Origin: Laetmonice hystrix
Taxonomy: Eukaryota
DNA length: 64,000 nucleotides
Assembly (NCBI GenBank): GCA_965235115.1
Contig: OZ249436.1
Location: 35,900,001 to 35,964,000 of the forward strand
Reading direction: 5' to 3'
In this document: one piece after another, positions 63,957 to 64,000 of the stretch
Layout: each line of letters opens with the position of its first letter
Position numbering within the stretch: position 1 is the stretch's first letter
Position numbers and translations under genes: made by a program
The notes under the pieces: generated by a model
What the model was told of the DNA's origin: nothing
The model's input: only the letters and a program-made list of their open reading frames with translations
The model's database searches: none

Positions 63957-64000
63957 CTGCAAGATGGAGTAGGTTACACTTCTTGACAAGTGCTCCTCCG

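Overview
Eukaryotic (probably marine invertebrate; inferred from intron-rich genes and repeat content) genomic DNA with three parts. (1) 1-13.7 kb is a complex repeat block: a ~1.09-kb tandem array, a 2.5-kb TIR element with a 9-bp TSD (MULE/foldback-like) inserted into its last unit, and a 52-bp satellite that also occurs, inverted, inside the 1.09-kb unit. (2) A minus-strand 15-exon (plus one candidate microexon) gene at 59215->17869, reconstructed by hand with GT-AG sites and consistent phases, encodes a ~866-aa STAP-like PH + SH2 adaptor with long Pro-rich regions. Its introns hold many MITEs and minisatellites. (3) A minus-strand ankyrin-repeat/SOCS-box (ASB) CDS lies at 62211-63230. The most unusual signal: comparing repeat copies shows recurrent short insertions at TA dinucleotides (TA -> TAGGCCTA, TAGATCTA, TACATGTA, TAGCCTA, TATA), which look like transposon excision footprints and would explain the excess of TAGGCCTA across the window. 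All calls are from manual reading; no searches were run.
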